From assembly GCA_049968235.1 (NCBI GenBank), contig JBMFRC010000027.1:1-40034 (forward strand): a stretch of DNA of 40,034 bases, given 5' to 3'. Shown in pieces: positions 18,244 to 27,462 of the stretch (position 1 is its first letter; every line of letters starts with the position of its first letter). Both the position numbers and the translations under genes were made by a program. Origin of the DNA: Candidatus Hydrogenedens sp. (lineage in GTDB: Bacteria > Hydrogenedentota > Hydrogenedentia > Hydrogenedentales > Hydrogenedentaceae). The notes beneath the pieces were generated by a model. The model did not search any database, was not told the origin of the DNA, and was given only the letters and a program-made list of their open reading frames with translations.

Positions 18244-19260
18244 CTATTCTCTTAGAAGCACATCACAAGCCAATCGTAATTTCTCCAGCCATCGACGGAA
18301 GAAAGCATGTTTTCGTGCCTGAGAACGAAGGAAAATAATAATTTTTCGTTCTAATAGGTAACGATTTAGTTTCTGTTTTTTCACTTGAATTTTCTTCCCC
18401 TGTGCTTCTTCCAACGGTTTCCATAAATTCTCTCTGGGATAGCCGAAAATAGCGAGGTCTTCATCTGCAATCTGGTTAATAATATCCTGCATCATTTTTA
18501 GTTTATTGGGGTCTGTGCTTAATTCTTCAACCCATTTTTTTAGTGAGGCAGTTGTAGGACGGGTATGTTGCTTTACTCCTAAGGGGTCCCCCAATCCTTG
18601 TTGACGATGTTCATCTCCCGATTTTCCATACTCGATAGCCTCCACCTCGAAAGGAATCTCAAGAAAGGAACATATTTTTTCAAATTGTTCTTCTGGCTTT
18701 TTTACGAGGTCTTCATAACGAATGTGAAATATAGCCACTTCCTTTTTGCGAAGGAAGTCAGCAATAGCAGGAATATAACGGTTTAATATGGGATTGTGTT
18801 CATTGGCGACTTTATAATCTCCGTCGAAAAAGGAATTGGCAAAAGAGGAAAATGTTGCTAAGGGATGTCGTGTAAGAATAATGTATTTTGCATCGGGATA
18901 CACTTTTGCGATAAAAGGCAGGACTAAAGAATATGCAGGGGTTTTATCCAGACAAATGGGTTTATTTCCTCGGGCAATGAGATATTGTCCATAAAGAACA
19001 TCGCAATAGGCACGACATGCTTTCCAATAGTCGTTTTCTTTGTTGGGCAATTGCTGTATAAAAAGTTTTTGTGCCTCTGCGGAGAGGATATGGTCATAAG
19101 GTGCTTTATCCACTTTTGCCCATACACCCAGATGGGCTAACGGTGTCAGGATATGCGGTTCGGGTCCTCCCTGTATGAGTGAGTGAGAAGAGAGCATGCG
19201 TTCTAACATTGTTGTGCCGGAACGCGGGGGACCGATTAAAAATATCATTTTATACACCAT
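18244..19260 (-). CDS. Sulfotransferase-family protein (PAPS-dependent, Sulfotransfer_3-like)
   Basis: 5'-PSB loop IFLIGPPRSGTTML. The 3'-PB-like region is ILTRHPLATFSS...; the size and layout fit bacterial carbohydrate or lipid sulfotransferases. Confidence 0.7.
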   Translation of the reverse strand: MVYKMIFLIGPPRSGTTMLERMLSSHSLIQGGPEPHILTPLAHLGVWAKVDKAPYDHILSAEAQKLFIQQLPNKENDYWKACRAYCDVLYGQYLIARGNKPICLDKTPAYSLVLPFIAKVYPDAKYIILTRHPLATFSSFANSFFDGDYKVANEHNPILNRYIPAIADFLRKKEVAIFHIRYEDLVKKPEEQFEKICSFLEIPFEVEAIEYGKSGDEHRQQGLGDPLGVKQHTRPTTASLKKWVEELSTDPNKLKMMQDIINQIADEDLAIFGYPRENLWKPLEEAQGKKIQVKKQKLNRYLLERKIIIFLRSQARKHAFFRRWLEKLRLACDVLLRE

Positions 19261-19347
19261 TGAGAAATTCTCCTACCATTCATAGAGATTAAAAGTTTAC
19301 AATATATAGCATTCGGATGTCATATCTATGAGAGGTGAATTAAAATT

Positions 19348-21279
19348 ATGAGATTGTATTATTATAAAAAATATATATTAGCACTCGTTTTTATATGCTT
19401 GCTCTGTAATGTTTCTGCAGAAGAGACAACGATAGAATCGCGAATAATTAATTTCCTTGATACACATGTACCACAATTATTAGACAAAAATCGTGTTTCA
19501 GGGGCAGTGATTGCCCTGGTGTGTGGGGATACAGTGGTTCTGAAAGGATATGGGATATTAGGTTTTGACCTTGACGAACCGATGGATGCAAAAAAAACGC
19601 CTGTCTTTGTTGCTTCATTGTCAAAACTTTTTACTGCAGTAGGGATTTTACAACTTTATGAGCAGGGAAAACTATCACTGGACATAGATGTCAATCACTA
19701 CCTGAACGATTTTCAAATTGTATACCCTTTTACAGAGCGGATTACCATTCATCATCTTCTTACACATACCGCTGGTTTTGATGACCGTTTTTTAGGTATG
19801 GGTGCGAAAACGAAAGATAGTGTTTTGCCTTTAGGAAAATATTTATCAAAAAGGTTGCCACCGATAGTATTTCCTCCCGGCAGTGCTATTAGTTATTCCA
19901 ATCATGGATTTGCCTTGTTAGGGCATATCATTGAAGAAGTTTCTGGAAAAAAGTTTTATGATTATATGAGAGAGCGCCTATTTGAGCCTCTTGAAATGAA
20001 GAATAGCCGATTTGATGGGACCTATCCTGAATATTTGAAACTTCCAGAACCGTATCTGGAATATCTGGGCAGAACCGAAAAGATTAGCATGGATTTTGCT
20101 CAGACGCCTCCGGCTTCCAGTCTTTGCACAACAGCGGAGGATTTCTCTCATTTTTTGATTGCTATGCTCAATGATGGAAGGTATAAAAATCATTCTTTAT
20201 TAAAACCTTCGACGGTTTTATTGATGCAAACGCCACGATACAAACTGCATCCCCTTCTCCCCGGTTATGCTTGTTGCTGGGAGGAAGGGTTTATTAATGG
20301 TAAGCGACTTTTACAGCATTCCGGTTTAACATGGGGGTTTAGTAGCCATACTTTGATTATTCCCGATGAGCGATTTGGACTGTTTATATCCATTAATAAA
20401 GGTGTGCATACCTTTATCAGTGAGTTAATTCATCTGCTTGTTGGAAAATTTTCTTTACCCGTAAAAAATATTGAAAATATCCGTAAACACCCATCATTTG
20501 TTGATGAGTCTTTTTACCAGCAAATCACAGGATTTTACCGGCATAACCGTTACTGTAGAAGTGATTATTTTAAGTTATCTACTTTTCTTCCGCAAATAAC
20601 CCATGAATATTACATCCGTGGAAATGCTTCTGAACACACTCTTTCTATGAAATATCTCGCCTTTCAATCGAGGGAATGGACAGTTGAGGAGATGGGGGAT
20701 ATGATATGGGGAAGAAAGAATAAAAATGGTGAAGTTGCAAGTTCTCCACGAATAAGTTTTATAAAGAGTTATCAGAAGAGACCTTATCAATTTACAATGG
20801 GTAATGATGTTTATGAACCGATTTACTTCTGGGAAACGAAACTTTTTCAATATGTTGTGTTTTTTGCATGTATGGCGGTTTGTTTGTTGAATTTGTGGAT
20901 AGTTGTTTTTCGTTTTTGGGTTATATGTATTGCTTTATGGGTAAGGAAAAGGTCTATTCGATTTAAAGTTAGTTGCTTTCAACTGTTAACTTTTTTATTC
21001 CTTATTTATACCTTCTGTTTTGGAGGATATATTTTTTTATTCTTAAAGCCACAAACATTAGGTTATGGGACACCCTCAGGACTTTTTATTCTTCTGATAA
21101 TTCCTTTCTTTTTATTACTACTGACAATTCTTGCGAGCATAAAGTTTCTTCTAACGCTAAAAGAGTGGAAAAGTCAGGTATTGTATGATTTGCTATCACT
21201 CCTTTCATGTTATGGGTTTCTGTTCCTTTTATATTACTGGAATATTTTAGATTTTCATTTAACGGGATGGTATGTATAA
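19348..21279 (+). CDS. Serine hydrolase of the beta-lactamase/PBP4-like fold with a C-terminal polytopic membrane domain
   Basis: Signal peptide. Active-site SxxK is ASLSKLF, the class-C YxN is ISYSNHGF, and an HTAGF motif is present. The last roughly 170 aa form 4-5 hydrophobic helices (FFACMAVCLLNLWIVVF..., LLTFLFLIYTFCFGGYIFLFL, GLFILLIIPFFLLLLTILA...). Confidence 0.75.
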   Translation: MRLYYYKKYILALVFICLLCNVSAEETTIESRIINFLDTHVPQLLDKNRVSGAVIALVCGDTVVLKGYGILGFDLDEPMDAKKTPVFVASLSKLFTAVGILQLYEQGKLSLDIDVNHYLNDFQIVYPFTERITIHHLLTHTAGFDDRFLGMGAKTKDSVLPLGKYLSKRLPPIVFPPGSAISYSNHGFALLGHIIEEVSGKKFYDYMRERLFEPLEMKNSRFDGTYPEYLKLPEPYLEYLGRTEKISMDFAQTPPASSLCTTAEDFSHFLIAMLNDGRYKNHSLLKPSTVLLMQTPRYKLHPLLPGYACCWEEGFINGKRLLQHSGLTWGFSSHTLIIPDERFGLFISINKGVHTFISELIHLLVGKFSLPVKNIENIRKHPSFVDESFYQQITGFYRHNRYCRSDYFKLSTFLPQITHEYYIRGNASEHTLSMKYLAFQSREWTVEEMGDMIWGRKNKNGEVASSPRISFIKSYQKRPYQFTMGNDVYEPIYFWETKLFQYVVFFACMAVCLLNLWIVVFRFWVICIALWVRKRSIRFKVSCFQLLTFLFLIYTFCFGGYIFLFLKPQTLGYGTPSGLFILLIIPFFLLLLTILASIKFLLTLKEWKSQVLYDLLSLLSCYGFLFLLYYWNILDFHLTGWYV

Positions 21280-21335
21280 AATAGAATTTGTGATTATGCA
21301 TGGGTATTGTTTTTACATTGAATCTACAGGATGTT

Positions 21336-21752
21336 TTATAGTAAATTTCTGCCTGTGGAGCTAATGGAAATACTTGCATGTAGAACACCTTTTTGTTTGC
21401 GGAGTGCAGAACACAATTCCTGTATTTTATGTGCTTTTCCCCGCACTAAGATGGTTTCTGCGCATAACTGATGGTCTAAATGAATATGTGTTGTGGTCAG
21501 GATAACATTTAGATATTTATGTTGAATATCCAAAATTTTATCATTGAGTTTTGGTATATGATGGTTATACACAAAGGTAATCGTTCCGATGGCTTCTTCG
21601 TTTTCTTCCCATTGTTTTTCTACCAGTTTATCACGAATAAGGTCGCGGATGAACTCGGAACGATTGGCATAACCTTCATGTGTAACAAGGTTTTGCAATT
21701 TTTCCCAGAGTGACCTTTCAATAGAAAAACTTAACCGAACAACTCCCGCCAT
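21336..21752 (-). CDS. nikR: Nickel-responsive transcriptional regulator NikR
   Basis: N-terminal ribbon-helix-helix RLSFSIERSLWEKLQNLVTHEGYANRSEFIRDLIR. The C-terminal ACT-like metal-binding domain has the conserved His/Cys cluster (TITFVYNHH...HIHLDHQLCAE). Confidence 0.8.
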   Translation of the reverse strand: MAGVVRLSFSIERSLWEKLQNLVTHEGYANRSEFIRDLIRDKLVEKQWEENEEAIGTITFVYNHHIPKLNDKILDIQHKYLNVILTTTHIHLDHQLCAETILVRGKAHKIQELCSALRKQKGVLHASISISSTGRNLL

Positions 21753-21811
21753 ATTTCCATTCCTTTTCTATCACTTTATTGTTAATACATCTATATCTGA
21801 ACTCATATTTA

Positions 21812-24229
21812 TTATTTCGAAGAAAGTATTTTCCATTCAAGAATACCTGCAGAGAAGTTAGGTTGAAGTTGAACAACAAGACGCAAAGCATTCGTAGAAA
21901 TGGTATTAAAAGTAACTTCGTTGTATTTGTCTCGCTCTGTGTTTTTTTTCGATGGTTTTGGAACGGGTAACCAGTGGTCGTCTTTTTGATAAAGTATTTC
22001 CCATGATTCAGGAACTCTGCATTCTCCGAAACCTGTATCATCAAACCAGAAGACCTGTACCCCTTTAATGGGATATTCTTTGTCAAAAGTGTATTGTACC
22101 CATTCTTTTGTTCCTTTGTGGTCCCACCATGTAAAACGAGGGATGTTCGTGTCGGATGATTTTTTCGGCTCTATCTGGTCGTTGAGAGCATAGAGACTGT
22201 CATTTGTCCAGATATGGGATGCATCCACACGGGCTTGTGTTTCTATGGTGGGGACGGTTACAAGGTCTGCATTTTCCGGCAACCATACACGCATAAATCC
22301 CTTTTTACGGTTTGCCCATGCGTAGTAAGGAATTAATTTCATGGGTTGGTCTATGCCGTTCGAATTTTCTAATGTTTTTAATTTTGCAGTGGTCTGTATT
22401 GTTATAACACCACCGAGCAAATCGGGTTCGAATTGGGACTGGAATGTAGAATTACGAGGGAGGAAAAGAAACCGCACCTGATTGGAATTATCCACATCTT
22501 CCGCACAAAAAACGATGGGACCTCTTTGAATAGCAACTTTACCGCGGTCGGCTTCTACTTTTTCATTCGCATAAACTCGCTGAACATCCATAGGTAAAGT
22601 AAGTGTGATTTCATTGCTCTGTTGCCACTCTCTCCGAATTTTTATGAACCCCTTTTCTAATGAGGTGATGGGGATACTTTCCCCATTTACTTTTATATGA
22701 ACCTTATCCAGTCCCGGACATTCGGGGTAATGATACAATCGTTCGATTGCTCCCTGTCCGCGATATGTCCAATCCGGGATTCGGATTGCAATGGTAAAAT
22801 TTTGTGGTTTGTCAGAATGGATTTGAATTTTGGTTTCGCCGTCCCAGGGATAATTCGTAGTTTGTTCTATCTGAATAAGATTTTTCTGTGAGGAATTGTT
22901 CGTTTTTACAAGAGTCAATTTTCCCTCGTCCCATGTGAGTTGTGTTTTTGTAGGGATATAGTGAAGGATGTAAAGGGTATCTTTCTCACAAGCATAGGTA
23001 TAACCCCCTATGGTGGGGATAAAACGAACTACATTGGTTGGACAGCAGGCACATTTTTGCCATGGGGGTCGTTGTTCCACACCTTCCAATCGATTACAAT
23101 AGAAAATGGTATCTGCGGTAAGGGAAAGACCGGACAGCGGGGTATTATAGAAAGCACGTTCTATAATATCCACATATTGAGCATCTTGATGTAGAAGGAA
23201 CATGCGTTGTGCCCAGAGGACCAATCCGATGGAAGCACATGTTTCACAATAGGCAGTATCATTGGGTAGATAATAAGGGTGGCTAAAACCTTCCAGACGC
23301 AGTAGAGAATCGCCAATGCCAGCGGTGATATACATTTTTCGCTCTGTCAGGTCATACCACAATCGGTCGAGAGCATTCGAATAACGAGTATCACCGGTTT
23401 TTGCAACGAGGTCTGTAACGGATGAATAGAGATACATAGCCCGAACTGCATGCCCTAAAATTTCATCCTGTTCGATGATAGGTTTATGGTCCTGACAGGT
23501 AAAATCCCAGCGACCGGTAGACTTGCCTTTATAAGGTTTCCCGCGTTGTTCTATGAACCAGCGTGCCATCTCTGCATACTTATTTTCCCCTGTGTAATCA
23601 GCAAGTTTGAACAATGCCAGCTCGATTTCTTCATGTTGAGGCACTTCTTCTACTTTACCCGTTCCAAAAGTTTCTACAATATGGTCTGCAAATTTTGTAG
23701 CCACATCCAGTAGTTTTGTTTTCCCGGTTGCTTGAGCGTATGCAATACCGGCTTCAATAAGATGTCCCGCACAATAGGTTTCATGTTCCGCATCATTTGT
23801 CCAGCGTTCCTTAGGTTTGACAAGCGTAAAATAAGTGTTCAGATAGCCATCCGGTTGTTGGGCTTTTGCAATCAAATCAATAATTTCATCTGCAGTTTTT
23901 TCAATATTCGGGTCTTTATGTAGAGCGAGCCAATATGCAGTTCCTTCGAGAACTTTATATACATCCGAATCCTCAAAACATGCTCCAATATGCTTCCCCT
24001 CTTTCACCCCTGCTGTTACACGGAAATTATCTATCTTCTTCTCTGTTTCGCAATATTCAAAATTATGAGGTAAAAACTTTTTGCCGACCCGCATAATCCA
24101 TTCGTCCCAGAAGCCCGGTTTAACTTCTACTTCGGTGAAGGGAACAGGAAACACGGGATAAATATTGGGCAATGTTGTAACGGTGTTAATCAAATATAGG
24201 GGACTAAGGCTTACGAGTAAAAGGGTCAT
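21812..24229 (-). CDS. GH127-family glycoside hydrolase (beta-L-arabinofuranosidase-like, DUF1680) with a C-terminal beta-sandwich domain
   Basis: Signal peptide. The GH127 catalytic/zinc-site motifs are CETCASIGL (Glu/Cys) and KCACCPTNVVRF (Cys-Cys-Pro), as in HypBA1. It is about 800 aa with an extra C-terminal domain. Confidence 0.75.
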   Translation of the reverse strand: MTLLLVSLSPLYLINTVTTLPNIYPVFPVPFTEVEVKPGFWDEWIMRVGKKFLPHNFEYCETEKKIDNFRVTAGVKEGKHIGACFEDSDVYKVLEGTAYWLALHKDPNIEKTADEIIDLIAKAQQPDGYLNTYFTLVKPKERWTNDAEHETYCAGHLIEAGIAYAQATGKTKLLDVATKFADHIVETFGTGKVEEVPQHEEIELALFKLADYTGENKYAEMARWFIEQRGKPYKGKSTGRWDFTCQDHKPIIEQDEILGHAVRAMYLYSSVTDLVAKTGDTRYSNALDRLWYDLTERKMYITAGIGDSLLRLEGFSHPYYLPNDTAYCETCASIGLVLWAQRMFLLHQDAQYVDIIERAFYNTPLSGLSLTADTIFYCNRLEGVEQRPPWQKCACCPTNVVRFIPTIGGYTYACEKDTLYILHYIPTKTQLTWDEGKLTLVKTNNSSQKNLIQIEQTTNYPWDGETKIQIHSDKPQNFTIAIRIPDWTYRGQGAIERLYHYPECPGLDKVHIKVNGESIPITSLEKGFIKIRREWQQSNEITLTLPMDVQRVYANEKVEADRGKVAIQRGPIVFCAEDVDNSNQVRFLFLPRNSTFQSQFEPDLLGGVITIQTTAKLKTLENSNGIDQPMKLIPYYAWANRKKGFMRVWLPENADLVTVPTIETQARVDASHIWTNDSLYALNDQIEPKKSSDTNIPRFTWWDHKGTKEWVQYTFDKEYPIKGVQVFWFDDTGFGECRVPESWEILYQKDDHWLPVPKPSKKNTERDKYNEVTFNTISTNALRLVVQLQPNFSAGILEWKILSSK

Positions 24230-24357
24230 GGTTGGTCTCCTTTTCAGAATTTTTCATTTACAACAAATTATAATTTGAGTCTTTTTTCAGTAAATTGTAT
24301 ACTACTAAAACGATTTATCAAATAACAATCTTATTGTTGGAGAATAAAAATATACAT

Positions 24358-25740
24358 ATGATAATTTCAGCGGAGAAAAAGAAATTAAGTGGTTGGGGAA
24401 GGTATTCTTCCCTTGAAAGTTATGTGTTCCGCCCTGAGAAATGGAAGACTTTAGATGCGGTATTGAAAGATGACCGTGTTCCCGATTTTCTTGCAAGGGG
24501 TTTGGGACGGAGTTATGGAGATACTGCCCTGAATGAAGGAGGGGCTTTGATCAATATGCTGAGATTAAACCGATTCCTTAACTGGAATGAAGAAGATGGG
24601 GTACTGGAATGTGAAGGAGGGGTTACATTAAAAGAAATTCTGGATGTCTTTTTGCCTCGAGGCTGGATGCCGTATGTGTGTCCGGGAACAAAATTTGTTA
24701 CGGTTGGAGGCGCTATTGCGAACGATATTCACGGGAAGAACCATCATGAAGAAGGGAGTTTTGGAAATCATGTTTTATCGTTTGATTTGATAGTAGGGGA
24801 CGGAAACGTTGTTTGTTGTAGTCGCGATGAGAATTCGGATTTGTTTTGGGCAACCATCGGTGGGATTGGAATGACAGGGATAATCCGAACAGCAAAGATT
24901 CGGCTGAAGAAAGTAAAAACCGCCTATTTCCATGTAGATTACTATCAAGCAAAAAATTTAGATGATTTACTTGAAAAGATGAAGGACTATGATGTCAAAT
25001 ATCCTTATACTGTAGCGTGGTTAGATTGCCTTGCCCAGAAAGAGAGTATGGGCAGAGGTGTGTTGATGGGAGGACGCATGGCAGAAGTAGAGGATTTGCC
25101 TCCTCGCTGGAAAAATGCCCCTTTGACACCAAAGAAAAAAAGAGATATAACCGTTCCGTTTGATGCTCCATCATGGGCTTTAAGTCAACGAACAGTGGGT
25201 ATTTTCAATTCGTGGTATTATGATTTGAACAAATCCGGATATGAAATTGTACCGTTGGAAAAGTTCTTTTTCCCATTAGACCGTGTTTTAGAATGGAACA
25301 GAATGTATGGGAAGACAGGATTTATACAATATCAGGTGGTTTTTCCGGGAAATGAAGTAAAAGGATTAAAAATATTATTAGAACAGTTAGTTTCTTCTCA
25401 ACGAGCGTCTTTCTTAACTGTTTTGAAACGGTTTGGTTCTGGAAATGAAGGGTTATTGTCATTTCCCAGAGAGGGATATACATTGGCGTTAGATATACCC
25501 AATCATGCGGGTCTGATAAATTTTGTGGAGGATTTGAATTTGATTGTCTTGAGATATGGAGGGAGGCTTTACCTTGCCAAAGACCAACTGATGTCAGAGA
25601 GTATGTTCCGGGAGACCTATCCCCACTGGATACAATTTCAGGAGATAAAGATGAAGTATGACCCTGGTATTCGTTTTTCATCGACAATGGCACGACGAAT
25701 AGGACTTATTCCGGAACGGAGGAGGGCTCCTATATGTTAA
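24358..25740 (+). CDS. dprE1: DprE1-like FAD-dependent decaprenylphosphoryl-beta-D-ribofuranose 2'-oxidase
   Basis: The likely start is ATG 24358 after GGAGA; the track ORF begins at 24295. LSGWGRY and ARGLGRSYGD match M. tuberculosis DprE1 (LTGWGRT, ARGLGRSYGD). An FAD-binding PCMH-type region (VTVGGAIANDIHGKNHH) and an ALO-like C-terminal domain are present. Confidence 0.8.
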   Translation: MIISAEKKKLSGWGRYSSLESYVFRPEKWKTLDAVLKDDRVPDFLARGLGRSYGDTALNEGGALINMLRLNRFLNWNEEDGVLECEGGVTLKEILDVFLPRGWMPYVCPGTKFVTVGGAIANDIHGKNHHEEGSFGNHVLSFDLIVGDGNVVCCSRDENSDLFWATIGGIGMTGIIRTAKIRLKKVKTAYFHVDYYQAKNLDDLLEKMKDYDVKYPYTVAWLDCLAQKESMGRGVLMGGRMAEVEDLPPRWKNAPLTPKKKRDITVPFDAPSWALSQRTVGIFNSWYYDLNKSGYEIVPLEKFFFPLDRVLEWNRMYGKTGFIQYQVVFPGNEVKGLKILLEQLVSSQRASFLTVLKRFGSGNEGLLSFPREGYTLALDIPNHAGLINFVEDLNLIVLRYGGRLYLAKDQLMSESMFRETYPHWIQFQEIKMKYDPGIRFSSTMARRIGLIPERRRAPIC

Positions 25741-26507
25741 ATTCAAATGAAATGAAACCGACATCGAAATCGGTACTTGTTTTAGGTAGTGTTTCCGCTG
25801 TAGGAAAAGCCATAGCACATGAGTTTGCAAAAGAAGGTTATTCGTTATTGCTGGCTGATATAGAAACAGAAGAAAATGAACGAATTGCAAAAGATATTCA
25901 AATCCGCTACCGGGTTTATTGCGATACTTTATATTTTGATGCAGGCGATATAGATTCTCATTCCGCTTTTTGGGACAGGGTTGTTAATAAGATAAATGGC
26001 TTGCCCGAAGGTCTGGTAATTTGTTTCGGATATATGCCGGTGCAGGAAGAAGCACAAAAAGATTTTAATCTTATCAAAAGGTCTATAGACATTAATTTTA
26101 CAGGTGTGGTATCTATTCTGGAACGGGTTATTGGTAGGTTTGAAGAAAGAAAACATGGTTTTGCCATAGTAATTTCCTCTGTCGCCGGTGATAGAGGTCG
26201 TAAGAGTAATTATATTTACGGCTCTACCAAGGGGGCATTAACACGATATGTGGAAGGATTGCAACATCGGTTAAGTTCCGCGAAAGTGCATATATTGCTT
26301 GTAAAACCGGGTTTTATGGACACCGCCATGACCTATGGGTTAAATTTACCTCAAAAACTTTTGGCAAGTCCCGAAGAAGCGGGGCGTATTATTCACAAAG
26401 CATGGAAACGAAAGAAACATGTTGTTTATGTTAAATGGTTCTGGCGATACATTATGCTTATTATTCAACATTTGCCCCGATTTGTATTTCATCGTACCCA
26501 ATTATAA
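25734..26507 (+). CDS. dprE2: DprE2-like short-chain dehydrogenase (decaprenylphospho-2'-keto-ribose reductase)
   Basis: Overlaps the dprE1 stop by 7 bp. VLVLGSVSAVG (Rossmann), VISSVAGDRGRKSNYIYGSTKGAL (Mtb DprE2: [24 protein letters not shown]) and the C-terminal WFWRYIMLIIQHLPRFVFHR (Mtb: AFRYVMMVLRHIPRSIFRK) all match. Confidence 0.8.
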   Translation: MLNSNEMKPTSKSVLVLGSVSAVGKAIAHEFAKEGYSLLLADIETEENERIAKDIQIRYRVYCDTLYFDAGDIDSHSAFWDRVVNKINGLPEGLVICFGYMPVQEEAQKDFNLIKRSIDINFTGVVSILERVIGRFEERKHGFAIVISSVAGDRGRKSNYIYGSTKGALTRYVEGLQHRLSSAKVHILLVKPGFMDTAMTYGLNLPQKLLASPEEAGRIIHKAWKRKKHVVYVKWFWRYIMLIIQHLPRFVFHRTQL

Positions 26508-26525
26508 TGGGGATGAAGGATACGC

Positions 26526-27428
26526 ATGAAAATTCTTGTCTCACTTATAAAAACATTGAGGGTATATCAATGGACAAAAAATTTATTAGTATTTGCTGCG
26601 ATTATCTTTGCAGGCGAATTACTGAACTTAACGGCTATTAAACTTTCAATAATCGCCTTTTTTTCTTTTTGTTTTTCGGCAAGTTCCGCTTATATCCTGA
26701 ATGATGTTATTGATGTGGAAAAGGACCGACTTCATCCGGAGAAATCACGACGACCCATTCCCAGTGGAGATGTAAGTATCCCGATGGCGTTTTTCCTTAC
26801 TTTTACCTTAATAATACTCTCTCTATCATTAGGTTATACATTGGGCATAAAATTTATCGCAATCCTTCTGGTGTATGTTTTTCTAACGGTCAGTTATTCG
26901 TTGTTGTGGAAAAAGTTTTTTCTGGTGGACGTATTAATTTTGGCGATGGGTTTTGTAACGAGGGCTATAGCAGGTGCGGTGGCAATAAATGTGGTGTTTT
27001 CAAACTGGTTAATTGTATGCACCTTATTTTTAGCGTTATTTTTAGGACTGGGAAAAAGAAGGGGCGAATTGCTTCTATTAAAAGACGATGCAGAAAATCA
27101 TCGATCCGTCCTTGTATTTTATACGGTTGAATATTTAGACCAATTACTCCTTATTGTATCCAGCGGTGCTTTAATTACTTTTACAATTTACACATGTTCG
27201 CCAGAGGTAATTGCTCGCTTGCATACCGATAAATTATATATGAGTTTGCCCTTTGTAATTTATGGTTTGTTTCGCTATCTTTATTTAGTTCGGTATCAAG
27301 GGGAAGGTTCAGACCCCAGCAAGGTGTTACTATCTGATAAGCCTATTATACTCTGCGTAATTTTATGGGCATTAACGAATGTTTGTATTATTTACGGAGA
27401 GCAGATTATTCATTTACTCTATACCTGA
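26526..27428 (+). CDS. UbiA-family polyprenyl-phosphate 5-phosphoribosyltransferase (Rv3806c/UbiA-like)
   Basis: A 300-aa polytopic membrane protein with the UbiA Asp-rich motif NDVIDVEKDRLH and a second Asp-rich region. The size and its position right after dprE1/dprE2 mirror mycobacterial decaprenyl-phosphate phosphoribosyltransferase. Confidence 0.7.
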   Translation: MKILVSLIKTLRVYQWTKNLLVFAAIIFAGELLNLTAIKLSIIAFFSFCFSASSAYILNDVIDVEKDRLHPEKSRRPIPSGDVSIPMAFFLTFTLIILSLSLGYTLGIKFIAILLVYVFLTVSYSLLWKKFFLVDVLILAMGFVTRAIAGAVAINVVFSNWLIVCTLFLALFLGLGKRRGELLLLKDDAENHRSVLVFYTVEYLDQLLLIVSSGALITFTIYTCSPEVIARLHTDKLYMSLPFVIYGLFRYLYLVRYQGEGSDPSKVLLSDKPIILCVILWALTNVCIIYGEQIIHLLYT

Positions 27429-27462
27429 AAAGTAGTATTCAAAATCACAGTAGGAGCAAACT

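Noticed and set aside
26906-27130. 74-aa ORF in an alternative frame inside the UbiA-family gene
   Set aside because: It overlaps the membrane-protein frame that carries the NDxxDxxxD motif, so it is spurious.
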